Positions 28,077-35,861 of a DNA stretch of 37,066 nucleotides are shown one piece after another (the stretch's first letter is position 1; every line of letters starts with the position of its first letter). Origin of the DNA: an uncultured Dehalococcoidia bacterium (GTDB lineage Bacteria > Chloroflexota > Dehalococcoidia > Lucifugimonadales > CAZSCD01); NCBI GenBank assembly GCA_964605345.1, contig CAZSCD010000102.1, forward strand, positions 1-37,066, read 5' to 3'. The position numbers and the translations under genes are program-made. Under the pieces are notes generated by a model. The model was not told where the DNA came from. It searched no databases and saw only the letters and a program-made list of their open reading frames with translations.

Positions 28077-28505
28077 TTATTTGGATATGGTAACGATCGC
28101 TTCTCCACTTATAGCAGTGTCTCCATCTTGGGTACACACTGTCACTGAACAGATTATTTTTTGAGCCTCGTCTGCATTATTAATTGTTTTTATTTGTCCA
28201 AATGTGGTTATTGTGTCACCAGCTCGCACTGGTGAGTTGAATCGAATCTTGAGACGTCCATTATTTATCCACATCTGCTTGAATGCCAAAGTCATCATTT
28301 CAGATATTGATGATGCTATTAGCATTCCATGAGCTATAATCGACCCAAATTTGGATGTTGCTGCATATTCAGGGTCAATATGAATCGGATTTAAGTCTCC
28401 TGAAGCGTGAGCGTACTCCTTAATTTTGTTCGAAGTTATTATCTTATTTATTTTAGGCAGTGCATCGCCTTCACGCATTTTTAGCTTCATGTTCATATAT
28501 TCCAA
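28077..28505 (-). CDS. MaoC-like hotdog (R)-specific hydratase/dehydratase, catalytic subunit (HadB-like)
   Basis: 142 aa with the hydratase-2 motif YAHASGDLNPIHIDPEYA followed by IAHGML. From memory it is colinear with mycobacterial HadB (VSGDLNPIHWDDEIA...IAHGML). Confidence 0.75.
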   Translation of the reverse strand: MEYMNMKLKMREGDALPKINKIITSNKIKEYAHASGDLNPIHIDPEYAATSKFGSIIAHGMLIASSISEMMTLAFKQMWINNGRLKIRFNSPVRAGDTITTFGQIKTINNADEAQKIICSVTVCTQDGDTAISGEAIVTISK

Positions 28506-28565
28506 GAGTCATATCGCCTCTATTTCATCAATTAAATCGGTTTGGTTGCAAGGCGACATGACAAG

Positions 28566-28961
28566 TTACACAGGGATTAATATAGTGCCTTTACCTTCCA
28601 TAACTCTTCGTTTTTCACAATTATCAACTTCAAGTTTAACCACCACAAACCTCCACTCCTTACGTACTGCATTTTGTAACAATGTTGCCCTGCAATCTAA
28701 TTTGTCTCCAACGAGCACAGCCTTCATAAATTCCAATTCTTGCCCGACGTGAACTGTTCCTCCTGGTATATCCAGATCCATAACTACTCCCCTAAGGCTC
28801 AAAGCTGCTATACACATGGGAGGAACTAATAATTCCTTTAAATATAACTCTGATTTATCTGATACTGCTTCGATATATCTCGATACAAGTTCCTTATTCA
28901 TAGTGTATCTGTAATTGGATATCTGTTGCCCCAGGTCTAATTTTGAGTAATCAATAGGCAT
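28566..28961 (-). CDS. MaoC_dehydrat_N-type hotdog protein lacking the catalytic motif (HadA/HadC-like partner subunit)
   Basis: 131 aa. YRYTMNKELVSRYIEAV and VGQELEFMKAVLVGDKLDC resemble, from memory, HadA (YRYPDHYEVEREKIREYAVAV ... VDQVLKFEKPIVAGDKLYC). There is no GDxNPxH motif. Confidence 0.6.
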   Translation of the reverse strand: MPIDYSKLDLGQQISNYRYTMNKELVSRYIEAVSDKSELYLKELLVPPMCIAALSLRGVVMDLDIPGGTVHVGQELEFMKAVLVGDKLDCRATLLQNAVRKEWRFVVVKLEVDNCEKRRVMEGKGTILIPV

Positions 28962-29058
28962 AATATATATAATGCACTTTTTCCATTTTCTTCAGTTGTT
29001 CAACAGTATCAGATTTAAGAGCCACCATCAACGTGGCATAAAATTATATTCAAATTAA

Positions 29059-29424
29059 TTAAGCGGTGTGGCTCCCTCTACTACGCTGCAATTCGGCTTC
29101 TTCAAGCAGTCTGTCTAGGATAACGATTGATTCTTCTTTGTCAAAATCTAGGCCGCCTATAGCTATTGTACGAAATAAAACGCCTGTAGACACACGTGCT
29201 TCAATTGTTTGCCCTAAGGGTGGTACCTTTACACCAAGTGCCTGTGCCATAAATGTTGCTCCCATCATCCCAGGTCTAGTAAGTTTACATTCTATTAACA
29301 CTTCGCTTTCGTGTAGAAATGATAAGCCTAGTTCATGTTGTTCAAGTGTTATTTTGATATGAGCTTTTGGTACTTTAATTAACTCCTCGGCGTAATTAAA
29401 TATGTTTATATGGTCTTCTGGCAT
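29059..29424 (-). CDS. Hypothetical protein, first gene of the hotdog-plsX-fabG-fabL string
   Basis: 121-aa ORF with no recognisable motif, co-directional with and 97 nt upstream of the HadA-like gene. Confidence 0.45.
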   Translation of the reverse strand: MPEDHINIFNYAEELIKVPKAHIKITLEQHELGLSFLHESEVLIECKLTRPGMMGATFMAQALGVKVPPLGQTIEARVSTGVLFRTIAIGGLDFDKEESIVILDRLLEEAELQRSRGSHTA

Positions 29425-29677
29425 AAAATCCTCTGTGCAAATGTTGGTTATATTTAGAAATATTAATCGTAGAAACTCTCTGGCTTAATTATACTATTTT
29501 TAGCATTATTAGTTTTGGCACTTTCTTAATTAATGAGACAAATTAAATCTGGTAGAAAAAACCTTCACACAAATTCTATGATGAATTGTTCTTCATGATA
29601 TGATGAGTTTGGCTTGCATAGGACAATTCAAGGTCATAGAATATTTCTATAGAGTCCGCTTGCATAAGGAGTTTTGA

Positions 29678-30799
29678 ATGAACATATATCAAGAATTAGG
29701 AGTGAGCCCAGTTCTGAATGCGGCTGGAACTCTTACGATGCTTGGAGGGAATACACCGTCTGACAATGTACGTAGCCTGATGGACGAATCTGAGGAATAT
29801 TATGTGTATATAGGTGATTTAATAACTAGTGTAGGTAATAAAATTGCCAGTATGTTAGATGTGGAGGCTGCAACCGTAACTTCGGGTTGTGCGTCGGCCC
29901 TAACATTAGCTGCGGCTGCTTGTATGACTGGCAACGACCCTGTCAAAATCGAAAAGATACCAGATGTGACGGGAATGCGTCACGAGTTTATTATTCAGAG
30001 ACAACTCAGAGTAAAATATGACAGATGCCTGACCTTGACAGGTGGTAAGTTGGTAGAAGTAGGTGATACTCAACAAACAAAGCCAGAACATATAGAAGCT
30101 GCGATAGGAATTAATACTGCTGCGATTCATTATTTGGCTGTACCACAACCTGAGCAATTACCGGGAGCTTTACCACTAGAAGAAGTAATTGAAATAGGTC
30201 ATTCTCATGGCATTCCAATCATAGTGGATGCGGCATCTAGAGTGTATCCGATCCATGAACTCAGTCAGTACGTGAAAATGGGTGCTGATTTGGTGGCGTA
30301 TGGAGCCAAATATTTTGGATCTGTCAGTTCTAGTGGGATATTGACTGGAAGAAAAGATTTGGTAGACTCCGCAGCGAGTCAAGGTTTTGCTAATTTTGAA
30401 ACATCTACATTAAGAACATTTGGTAGACCAATGAAATTAGATAGGCAAGAGATAATTGCGGTATATGCAGCCCTCAAGGAGTGGTTGAGTATGAATCATG
30501 AAGATCGATTTGCTCTATACGAATCCCGTATTTCAAATCTCAAATCTGATTTGAGAGATATATCTTGTATTGAAATGTCTGATTATCCTGATGTAGGTCC
30601 AAAAGATGGATTGAAGATCACAATTGACCCATCAAAAACAAAAAAGACAAATTTCGAAGTGATAGAAGAGTTACGCTCTGGTAATCCCAGTATATGGGTT
30701 AGAGAATGGGACCAAATTGATGCTTTTGTAATAACAATGCCTCAATTAAAAGAAGGAGGAGAAAAGGTCATTGCTCGAAGACTCAAAGAAATTCTTTAA
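29678..30799 (+). CDS. SelA-family (L-seryl-tRNA(Sec) selenium transferase-related / DgaE-like) PLP-dependent enzyme, lacking the SelA N-terminal tRNA-binding domain
   Basis: 373 aa. The N-terminus PVLNAAGTLTMLGG and the PLP-Lys region GADLVAYGAKYFGSVSSSGILTGRKDLV parallel SelA [23 protein letters not shown]. The length and the TMLGG motif (rather than HTNLGR) fit the SelA-like/DgaE subgroup, not bona fide SelA. Confidence 0.7.
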   Translation: MNIYQELGVSPVLNAAGTLTMLGGNTPSDNVRSLMDESEEYYVYIGDLITSVGNKIASMLDVEAATVTSGCASALTLAAAACMTGNDPVKIEKIPDVTGMRHEFIIQRQLRVKYDRCLTLTGGKLVEVGDTQQTKPEHIEAAIGINTAAIHYLAVPQPEQLPGALPLEEVIEIGHSHGIPIIVDAASRVYPIHELSQYVKMGADLVAYGAKYFGSVSSSGILTGRKDLVDSAASQGFANFETSTLRTFGRPMKLDRQEIIAVYAALKEWLSMNHEDRFALYESRISNLKSDLRDISCIEMSDYPDVGPKDGLKITIDPSKTKKTNFEVIEELRSGNPSIWVREWDQIDAFVITMPQLKEGGEKVIARRLKEIL

Positions 30800-30912
30800 C
30801 AGTTATGATATTTCAGGTAACGTTGAGGTTGTGAATCGCAATTATTTGGTTTGTCATAGTCTTATACATGATAGATTTAAAAACCTTTCAGAACACCAAG
30901 CAATTGAGGTGA

Positions 30913-32175
30913 ATGGTGATTAACATAGAACTTATTCGCAGAGACCCCAGTCTTACAAAGAAACTCTTACAACAAAGAGGCGAAGAGATACCAGTCCAAG
31001 AGATAATTGACATGGATAATCGTCGTAGGGCACTCGTGTCCAAAACGGATGACTTACGAGCACGACGTAATAGCGCTAGCAAAGACATAAGTCAAAAAGT
31101 GAATATGTCAACAGAACTCATTGAAGAAATGAGAAGTGTTGGAAGTGAAATCAAGGCTCTTGACGCGGAAACAAGGATATTGCAAAAAGAGATTAATGAA
31201 CTGCTTTTAACTATTCCCAACATACCTCAAAATGATGTTCCAATTGGTGAAGACGATACAAGTAACGAAATAGTGCGTACTATAGGTTCTCCTCGAGCTT
31301 TTCCCTTTAATCCATTGCCACATTGGACCATTGGAGAAAATCTTGGGATCATAGATTTGGAACGAGGGGCTAAGTTATCAGGTGCGAGGTTTTTCGTGCT
31401 AAAAGGGAAAGGAGCCAAACTTCAACGTGCCCTTATATCTTGGATGCTTGATCTCCATGTGGGTGAACATGATTACGAGGAAATATATCTACCTAATCTG
31501 GTTACTCAAAAAACAGTAACTAGTAGTGGGCATTTCCCAAAATTTGCCGACACAATGTACCATGACAATGACGATGACCTATGGATGATACCAACGGCTG
31601 AAGTTCCTATAACCAACCTTTTGAGAGACGAGATTTTACCTCCTGATGTGTTGCCAATTTACTATGCTGCACACACGCCTTGTTTTCGTAGAGAAAAAAC
31701 TGCAGCTGGTAGAGATACGAGAGGAATAAAGCGAGTACACCAATTTGAAAAAGTTGAGATGTATAAGTTTGTTGAGCCCGATGAATCTGAAACCGAATTA
31801 CAACGATTGGTATCTGATGCAGAAGAAATCTGCATTCGCCTGGGAATCACTCATAGAGTCTTACAGCTATGTACAGGTGATCTAGGATTCTCTGCGGTTA
31901 AGGGATACGATATAGAAATATGGGCTCCTGGGTCTAATGAATGGCTAGAAGTTAGTTCGTGTTCAAACTGCACGGATTTTCAGGCTAGGCGTGCTTCTAT
32001 AAGATATCGACCAAAACTAGGCGCACGTCCTAAGTTTGTTAACACTCTTAATGGGTCAGGACTTGCTTTGCCTAGGGTTATCATTGCAATTTTGGAGAAT
32101 TACCAAGAATCTGATGGATCTGTCACTATACCGGAAGTGTTGCGCCCATATACTGGTTTTGATCACATAGGGTGA
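30913..32175 (+). CDS. serS: Serine--tRNA ligase
   Basis: 420 aa. N-terminal coiled-coil arm and class II motifs (GARFFVLKG, TAEVP, FRREKTAAGRDTRGIKRVHQFEKVE, NGSGLALPR). Confidence 0.95.
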   Translation: MVINIELIRRDPSLTKKLLQQRGEEIPVQEIIDMDNRRRALVSKTDDLRARRNSASKDISQKVNMSTELIEEMRSVGSEIKALDAETRILQKEINELLLTIPNIPQNDVPIGEDDTSNEIVRTIGSPRAFPFNPLPHWTIGENLGIIDLERGAKLSGARFFVLKGKGAKLQRALISWMLDLHVGEHDYEEIYLPNLVTQKTVTSSGHFPKFADTMYHDNDDDLWMIPTAEVPITNLLRDEILPPDVLPIYYAAHTPCFRREKTAAGRDTRGIKRVHQFEKVEMYKFVEPDESETELQRLVSDAEEICIRLGITHRVLQLCTGDLGFSAVKGYDIEIWAPGSNEWLEVSSCSNCTDFQARRASIRYRPKLGARPKFVNTLNGSGLALPRVIIAILENYQESDGSVTIPEVLRPYTGFDHIG

Positions 32176-32233
32176 TCAATTTATTTGCAATGCTACTAAG
32201 TTAGGTTCAATCTGGATAATTTTGAGATACGGT

Positions 32234-32872
32234 CTATTTAAGCCGAATTTCTACACGCCTATTTTTTCCAGTGTCCGTACTTTCAGTAGTTATTCTAGAA
32301 TGTTCTGACAATGCTAAATGAATTATTCTGCGTTCGTTAGATGGCATAGGTTCCAGTATGACGGAACGTTTCGAACGTAAAACTCGTTGTGCAACACGAT
32401 GAGCCAGATTTGTTAACGAGCTATATCTTCTTTCCATATAGCCTTCTACATCGATAATTAAATTGATTCTGGTACCTATGCGGTTACTTACCATCGACTT
32501 AACCAGAAATTGCAGAGATCGGAGAGTTTCTCCTTTGCGTCCAATGAGAAGGCCCGAATCATCTCCTTCAATGTCTAAGACAGGCCCGCCAATTTCTTCC
32601 TGAGCAACGTGTCTAATACTGATTGTTACGTCAACACCAAGTTTTAAAATCAGCTGGTTAAGAACTTCAGTGGCAACTTCCATGACTTCAGTTGGTGAAT
32701 CAATGATCTTGACACGAACACGTGCCGTTTCGTTACCAATAATGCCTAGGATGCCTGTCTTACCTTTACTGACGACGTTTATTTCTACCTCGTTGCGGGT
32801 TACGTCGAGTTCCCTTAGGGCGATTTCTACGGCCTCTTCCACCGTTCTGGCTGTCGTCTCTATCTCGTTCAT
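32234..32872 (-). CDS. jag: Jag/KhpB (Jag_N + KH + R3H) RNA-binding protein
   Basis: The N-domain begins MNEIETTARTVEEAVEIALRELDV. KH-like region (LIGRKGETLRSLQFL) and R3H (EPMPSNERRIIHLAL). The ORF is open up to ATG 32911. ATG 32872 is preferred because the Jag_N domain starts there. Confidence 0.85.
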   Translation of the reverse strand: MNEIETTARTVEEAVEIALRELDVTRNEVEINVVSKGKTGILGIIGNETARVRVKIIDSPTEVMEVATEVLNQLILKLGVDVTISIRHVAQEEIGGPVLDIEGDDSGLLIGRKGETLRSLQFLVKSMVSNRIGTRINLIIDVEGYMERRYSSLTNLAHRVAQRVLRSKRSVILEPMPSNERRIIHLALSEHSRITTESTDTGKNRRVEIRLK

Positions 32873-33680
32873 TGTTTGCGCTCTCTTCTTCTGTTGACGC
32901 CATCGGTTCATCTTCTATATCAGCTTCCTCATGGCGTTTATTAAATGAAATCATGTTTATTAGTGGGTCCCATCCTGTCACTCCACCTTGTATTACTATA
33001 CCAATTATGTTGGATACAACCCAATACAATGCTAGTCCTGTAGGAAAAGTTAAAGTAAAGAACCCGAACATTATTGGCATCATCCACAACATCATTCTAT
33101 TTGTTGATGCCTGTTTAGGGTCTACAGAAGGCAGTGTGGTCATCTTTTGCATAAGAAACATAGACGCTCCAACTAATATTGGAAGTAGTGGGGTATTGTC
33201 GGGCATTGAAAGATCAAACCACAGGAAGGAACTATTCAGAGGGATAACTTCGTGTACCACAGGTAGCCATGAGTAGAGAGTCCTGGATAAATCCAACAAA
33301 CTTTCTGGTTGAGATGGAAGAGTTTGAAGAAGGGCTTGATATAGCCCAATCCAAATAGGAAACTGAATAAACATCGGGCCTAAACATCCCAACGGATTCA
33401 CTCCATTCTCCCGATACAATTTCATTGTTTCCTGGGACATACGTTGCCGATCCTTAGAAAATTTAGATTGAAGTTCCTTGAGTTTCGGTTGTAGCGCAGT
33501 CATGGCCTTTAATTGACGGCTTTGTTTTATTGTCAGAGGTATCATTAAAATACGAACCAAAACGGTGAAAATAATTATGCTTAGACCAAAGCTATTGAAG
33601 AAAATGCCATAAAGCAATACAAGGCTGTTGATCATCGGCCATACAATGACAGTGTTCCATATGGAACCGATCATTTCCAT
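32766..33680 (-). CDS. yidC: Membrane protein insertase YidC (short, monoderm type) with highly basic C-terminal tail
   Basis: 304 aa. RILMIPLTIKQSRQ, KMQALQPK-like MTALQPKLKELQ, GVNPLGCLP-like GVNPLGCLGPMFIQFPIWIGLY, LALYWVVSN. The tail reads GGRGRRNRPKGTRRNPQRGRNKRRQ. Confidence 0.9.
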   Translation of the reverse strand: MEMIGSIWNTVIVWPMINSLVLLYGIFFNSFGLSIIIFTVLVRILMIPLTIKQSRQLKAMTALQPKLKELQSKFSKDRQRMSQETMKLYRENGVNPLGCLGPMFIQFPIWIGLYQALLQTLPSQPESLLDLSRTLYSWLPVVHEVIPLNSSFLWFDLSMPDNTPLLPILVGASMFLMQKMTTLPSVDPKQASTNRMMLWMMPIMFGFFTLTFPTGLALYWVVSNIIGIVIQGGVTGWDPLINMISFNKRHEEADIEDEPMASTEEESANNERDRDDSQNGGRGRRNRPKGTRRNPQRGRNKRRQ

Positions 33681-33698
33681 AACTCAGTCACCATTCCC

Positions 33699-34871
33699 CT
33701 AACAAGACAAGACCCGATTTTCTGGTTCTGGATTATTCTCGTCTGTGAATCGGACCCACAATTCGTCAGGATTTCCACTAGGTTTGATTTTCAAAGCTCT
33801 AATCGAACCATCCCTGACTCCAAAATAAATTACCCCTTCGTTTTCAACTAAGGGAGTAATGATTGATTCCCCAATATTACAGTCACCTACAGCATCGCCA
33901 TCCTGCAAGGTTGCTAATCTAATTTTCTTATCTGAGGATGGGATAGCAATCATATCAAATACTACAGCTGGTGAACCTACAATGGGGCCGTTAGTGTTTA
34001 AAGTCCAGAGTAAGTCACCCGTTTCAATATCCAAGGCGTAAAGATTGCCATCTAGTGATGGTGCGAACACTTGCGTGCCAGAAATTATTGCTTGACCCCA
34101 GAACCAATTATTTGCTTCTGTAAATCTCCAAACTTCTTCGCCAGTTTCAGTATCTATAGTGTAAAAGTTTCGGTCAAACGAACCTACAAACAAGCTATCT
34201 TTAAAAATTATTGGGCTAGCGACTATTGCTCCGTTTGTCTCAAACTTCCATACAAGATCACCAGTTTCTAGTGTTAGTGCGTAAATATTATGGTCCATAG
34301 ACCCGAAGTAGATAATATCCTCGGACACTACTGGATGTGACCAAATCTTATGTCCAGTTTGGAAAAGCCATTTTTGATTGAATGTTACCCTTCCTTCAAT
34401 TTCTTCAGTTACATCAAATGCATACAAATTACCGTCAGATGAACCAACTATCACCACATTGCCAATGACAGAAGGGCCTCCTACAATCGAACCGGCTAGT
34501 CGTTCAGTTCCTTTAATATCATTCAGGTCTAATGAGAGAGCATATAATATTCCGTCATATCCTCCAACAAACAGTGTATTGTTTGAAATTGCTGGTGTTC
34601 CGTAGATGCTGCGACTTCTCTCTTCGCTCTCTCTATCCGGCATTGAGAATTTCCACAATGCCCCTCCTTCCTTTCTAACGGTTTCTCCAGTATCAGGATT
34701 CAAGGCTAAAACCTCTCCTGCATCTGTGCCAATGTATAAGGTGTCGTTTGCTATTAATCCGCCAGACCACCCTTCAGGTGGGGCGATTCTTGCACAAGCC
34801 AAACCTAGGAATAAGAACAAAGCTATCAACGCTATGGAGAATTTAATAGAATGTGTAGTGTGAAATATCAT
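33699..34871 (-). CDS. PQQ-like (BamB-type) eight-bladed beta-propeller lipoprotein
   Basis: The preferred start is ATG 34871 (MIFHTTHSIKFSIALIALFLFLGLAC, signal with lipobox-like Cys), forming an ATGA overlap with the yidD stop. Repeated G-LYA(L/F)D....G...W blades (NLYAFDV, NIYALTLETGDLVWKF, NFYTIDTETGEEVWRF, NLYALDIETGDLLWT). Confidence 0.7.
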   Translation of the reverse strand: MIFHTTHSIKFSIALIALFLFLGLACARIAPPEGWSGGLIANDTLYIGTDAGEVLALNPDTGETVRKEGGALWKFSMPDRESEERSRSIYGTPAISNNTLFVGGYDGILYALSLDLNDIKGTERLAGSIVGGPSVIGNVVIVGSSDGNLYAFDVTEEIEGRVTFNQKWLFQTGHKIWSHPVVSEDIIYFGSMDHNIYALTLETGDLVWKFETNGAIVASPIIFKDSLFVGSFDRNFYTIDTETGEEVWRFTEANNWFWGQAIISGTQVFAPSLDGNLYALDIETGDLLWTLNTNGPIVGSPAVVFDMIAIPSSDKKIRLATLQDGDAVGDCNIGESIITPLVENEGVIYFGVRDGSIRALKIKPSGNPDELWVRFTDENNPEPENRVLSC

Positions 34872-35077
34872 GGAACAGGGTCGTATCCTGACGCACTTAA
34901 TGGCCGACAGCGCATTAACCTTTTTGCAGAAATCCAAACACCCCTTGCAACTCCAAATTTTGATATCGCATCGTAGGTATAATTTGAGCAACTAGGCATG
35001 TATCTACATCGTCCATTCCAATATGGAGACATGCTCGATTGATAAAATCGTATCATCACGAGTAATAAAGGCTTCAT
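34868..35077 (-). CDS. yidD: Membrane protein insertion efficiency factor YidD
   Basis: 69 aa. YQSSMSP...CRYMPSCSNYTYDAISKFG...RLMRCRP signature. Confidence 0.9.
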   Translation of the reverse strand: MKPLLLVMIRFYQSSMSPYWNGRCRYMPSCSNYTYDAISKFGVARGVWISAKRLMRCRPLSASGYDPVP

Positions 35078-35083
35078 TAGATA

Positions 35084-35449
35084 TTATTCCGTAGAAGGAC
35101 GTACTTCTGGAAGTGTGTCTTTCAACACTCCAGATATTTTGAGTAGACTAGTCATTGAATTCCTTAAATTTGCATAGTCAGATGAATTGGCGTATTTACG
35201 TGCTATTAAAACTAAGTCCCACCCACTTTCTACTTGAGTGGAACTAGCGATTGCTCTGAGTCTTCGTTTAATCTTATTTCTCTCCACGGCAACGCCAACT
35301 CTCTTGCTTACAGAAAAGCCGAAACGAGAAACATCTCGATTGTTCGACCTCACAACTAACACGAGAGACCTGTTTGACCAACTTCTCCCGTAACATCGTA
35401 CTGATGCGAAGTCTTTCGTTTTAGTCAGACGTTCGGTTTTGTGCATCAA
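35084..35449 (-). CDS. rnpA: Ribonuclease P protein component
   Basis: 121 aa. ERLTKTKDF, a basic RNR-like motif (VERNKIKRRLR), and its position directly downstream of rpmH. Confidence 0.88.
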   Translation of the reverse strand: MMHKTERLTKTKDFASVRCYGRSWSNRSLVLVVRSNNRDVSRFGFSVSKRVGVAVERNKIKRRLRAIASSTQVESGWDLVLIARKYANSSDYANLRNSMTSLLKISGVLKDTLPEVRPSTE

Positions 35450-35479
35450 CTGCCGGCCAGAACCGCAAGAACGTGAGGA

Positions 35480-35617
35480 TTAGACAGTGATTCTTTGTCT
35501 CCCTTTGAACAGCCGTCTCTTTATAACCTTGCGGCCTGCATGGCTACTCATTCGGGCTCTGAAACCGTGTACCCGAAGACGACGCCGTCTTCGAGGTTGA
35601 TAAGTTCTTTTGGTCAT
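35480..35617 (-). CDS. rpmH: 50S ribosomal protein L34
   Basis: Not in the ORF track because it is under 60 aa. The reverse-strand translation is [45 protein letters not shown] (45 aa, TAA stop), a canonical L34 sequence. Confidence 0.93.
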   Translation of the reverse strand: MTKRTYQPRRRRRLRVHGFRARMSSHAGRKVIKRRLFKGRQRITV

Positions 35618-35639
35618 AAAATTTACTCGCTATAAGACG

Positions 35640-35669
35640 ATTATACTCACTATCAAAAACTGGTGTCAA
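35640..35669 (-). promoter_or_regulatory. Putative sigma70-type promoter of rpmH-rnpA operon
   Basis: On the minus strand: TTGACA (35669-35664), 18-nt spacer, TATAAT (35645-35640). This lies 22 nt upstream of the rpmH ATG. Both hexamers match consensus perfectly. Confidence 0.5.
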
Positions 35670-35693
35670 TTATGCTTAACTATAAGCTTAATG

Positions 35694-35861
35694 TTAATTC
35701 TCTTTTTGTAAAGTAGTTAGTATGCCGATTATAAGGGTAGTTAAAAACATCCCCAACCAACCTAGCATTGCAAAAATTTCAGTAGTTGGCTGCGCTAGCA
35801 TGTCAATAAAAGCGGAGCCTGACGCAATAACGAATAGAGCGCCAATAATTCCTTTATATTT
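35694..35861 (-). other. In-frame open continuation (55 sense codons + TAA) after the TGA of the upstream membrane-protein ORF
   Basis: My own translation of the same frame after TGA 35864-35862 is KYKGIIGALFVIASGSAFIDMLAQPTTEIFAMLGWLGMFLTTLIIGILTTLQKEN*. That is a basic loop plus two further hydrophobic helices. Confidence 0.5.

Noticed and set aside
29612-29670. Direct repeat GCTTGCATA(A)GGA occurring twice upstream of the SelA-like gene.
   Set aside because: It is a 9-nt match in an AT-rich 250-nt intergenic region. The second copy simply contains the ribosome-binding site (AAGGAG). This is compatible with chance, and no dyad symmetry is present.
34872-34991. N-terminal 40-codon extension of the PQQ-propeller ORF, overlapping yidD.
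   Set aside because: It overlaps the well-conserved yidD coding sequence in another frame. The Met at 34871 begins the signal peptide and forms an ATGA junction with the yidD stop.
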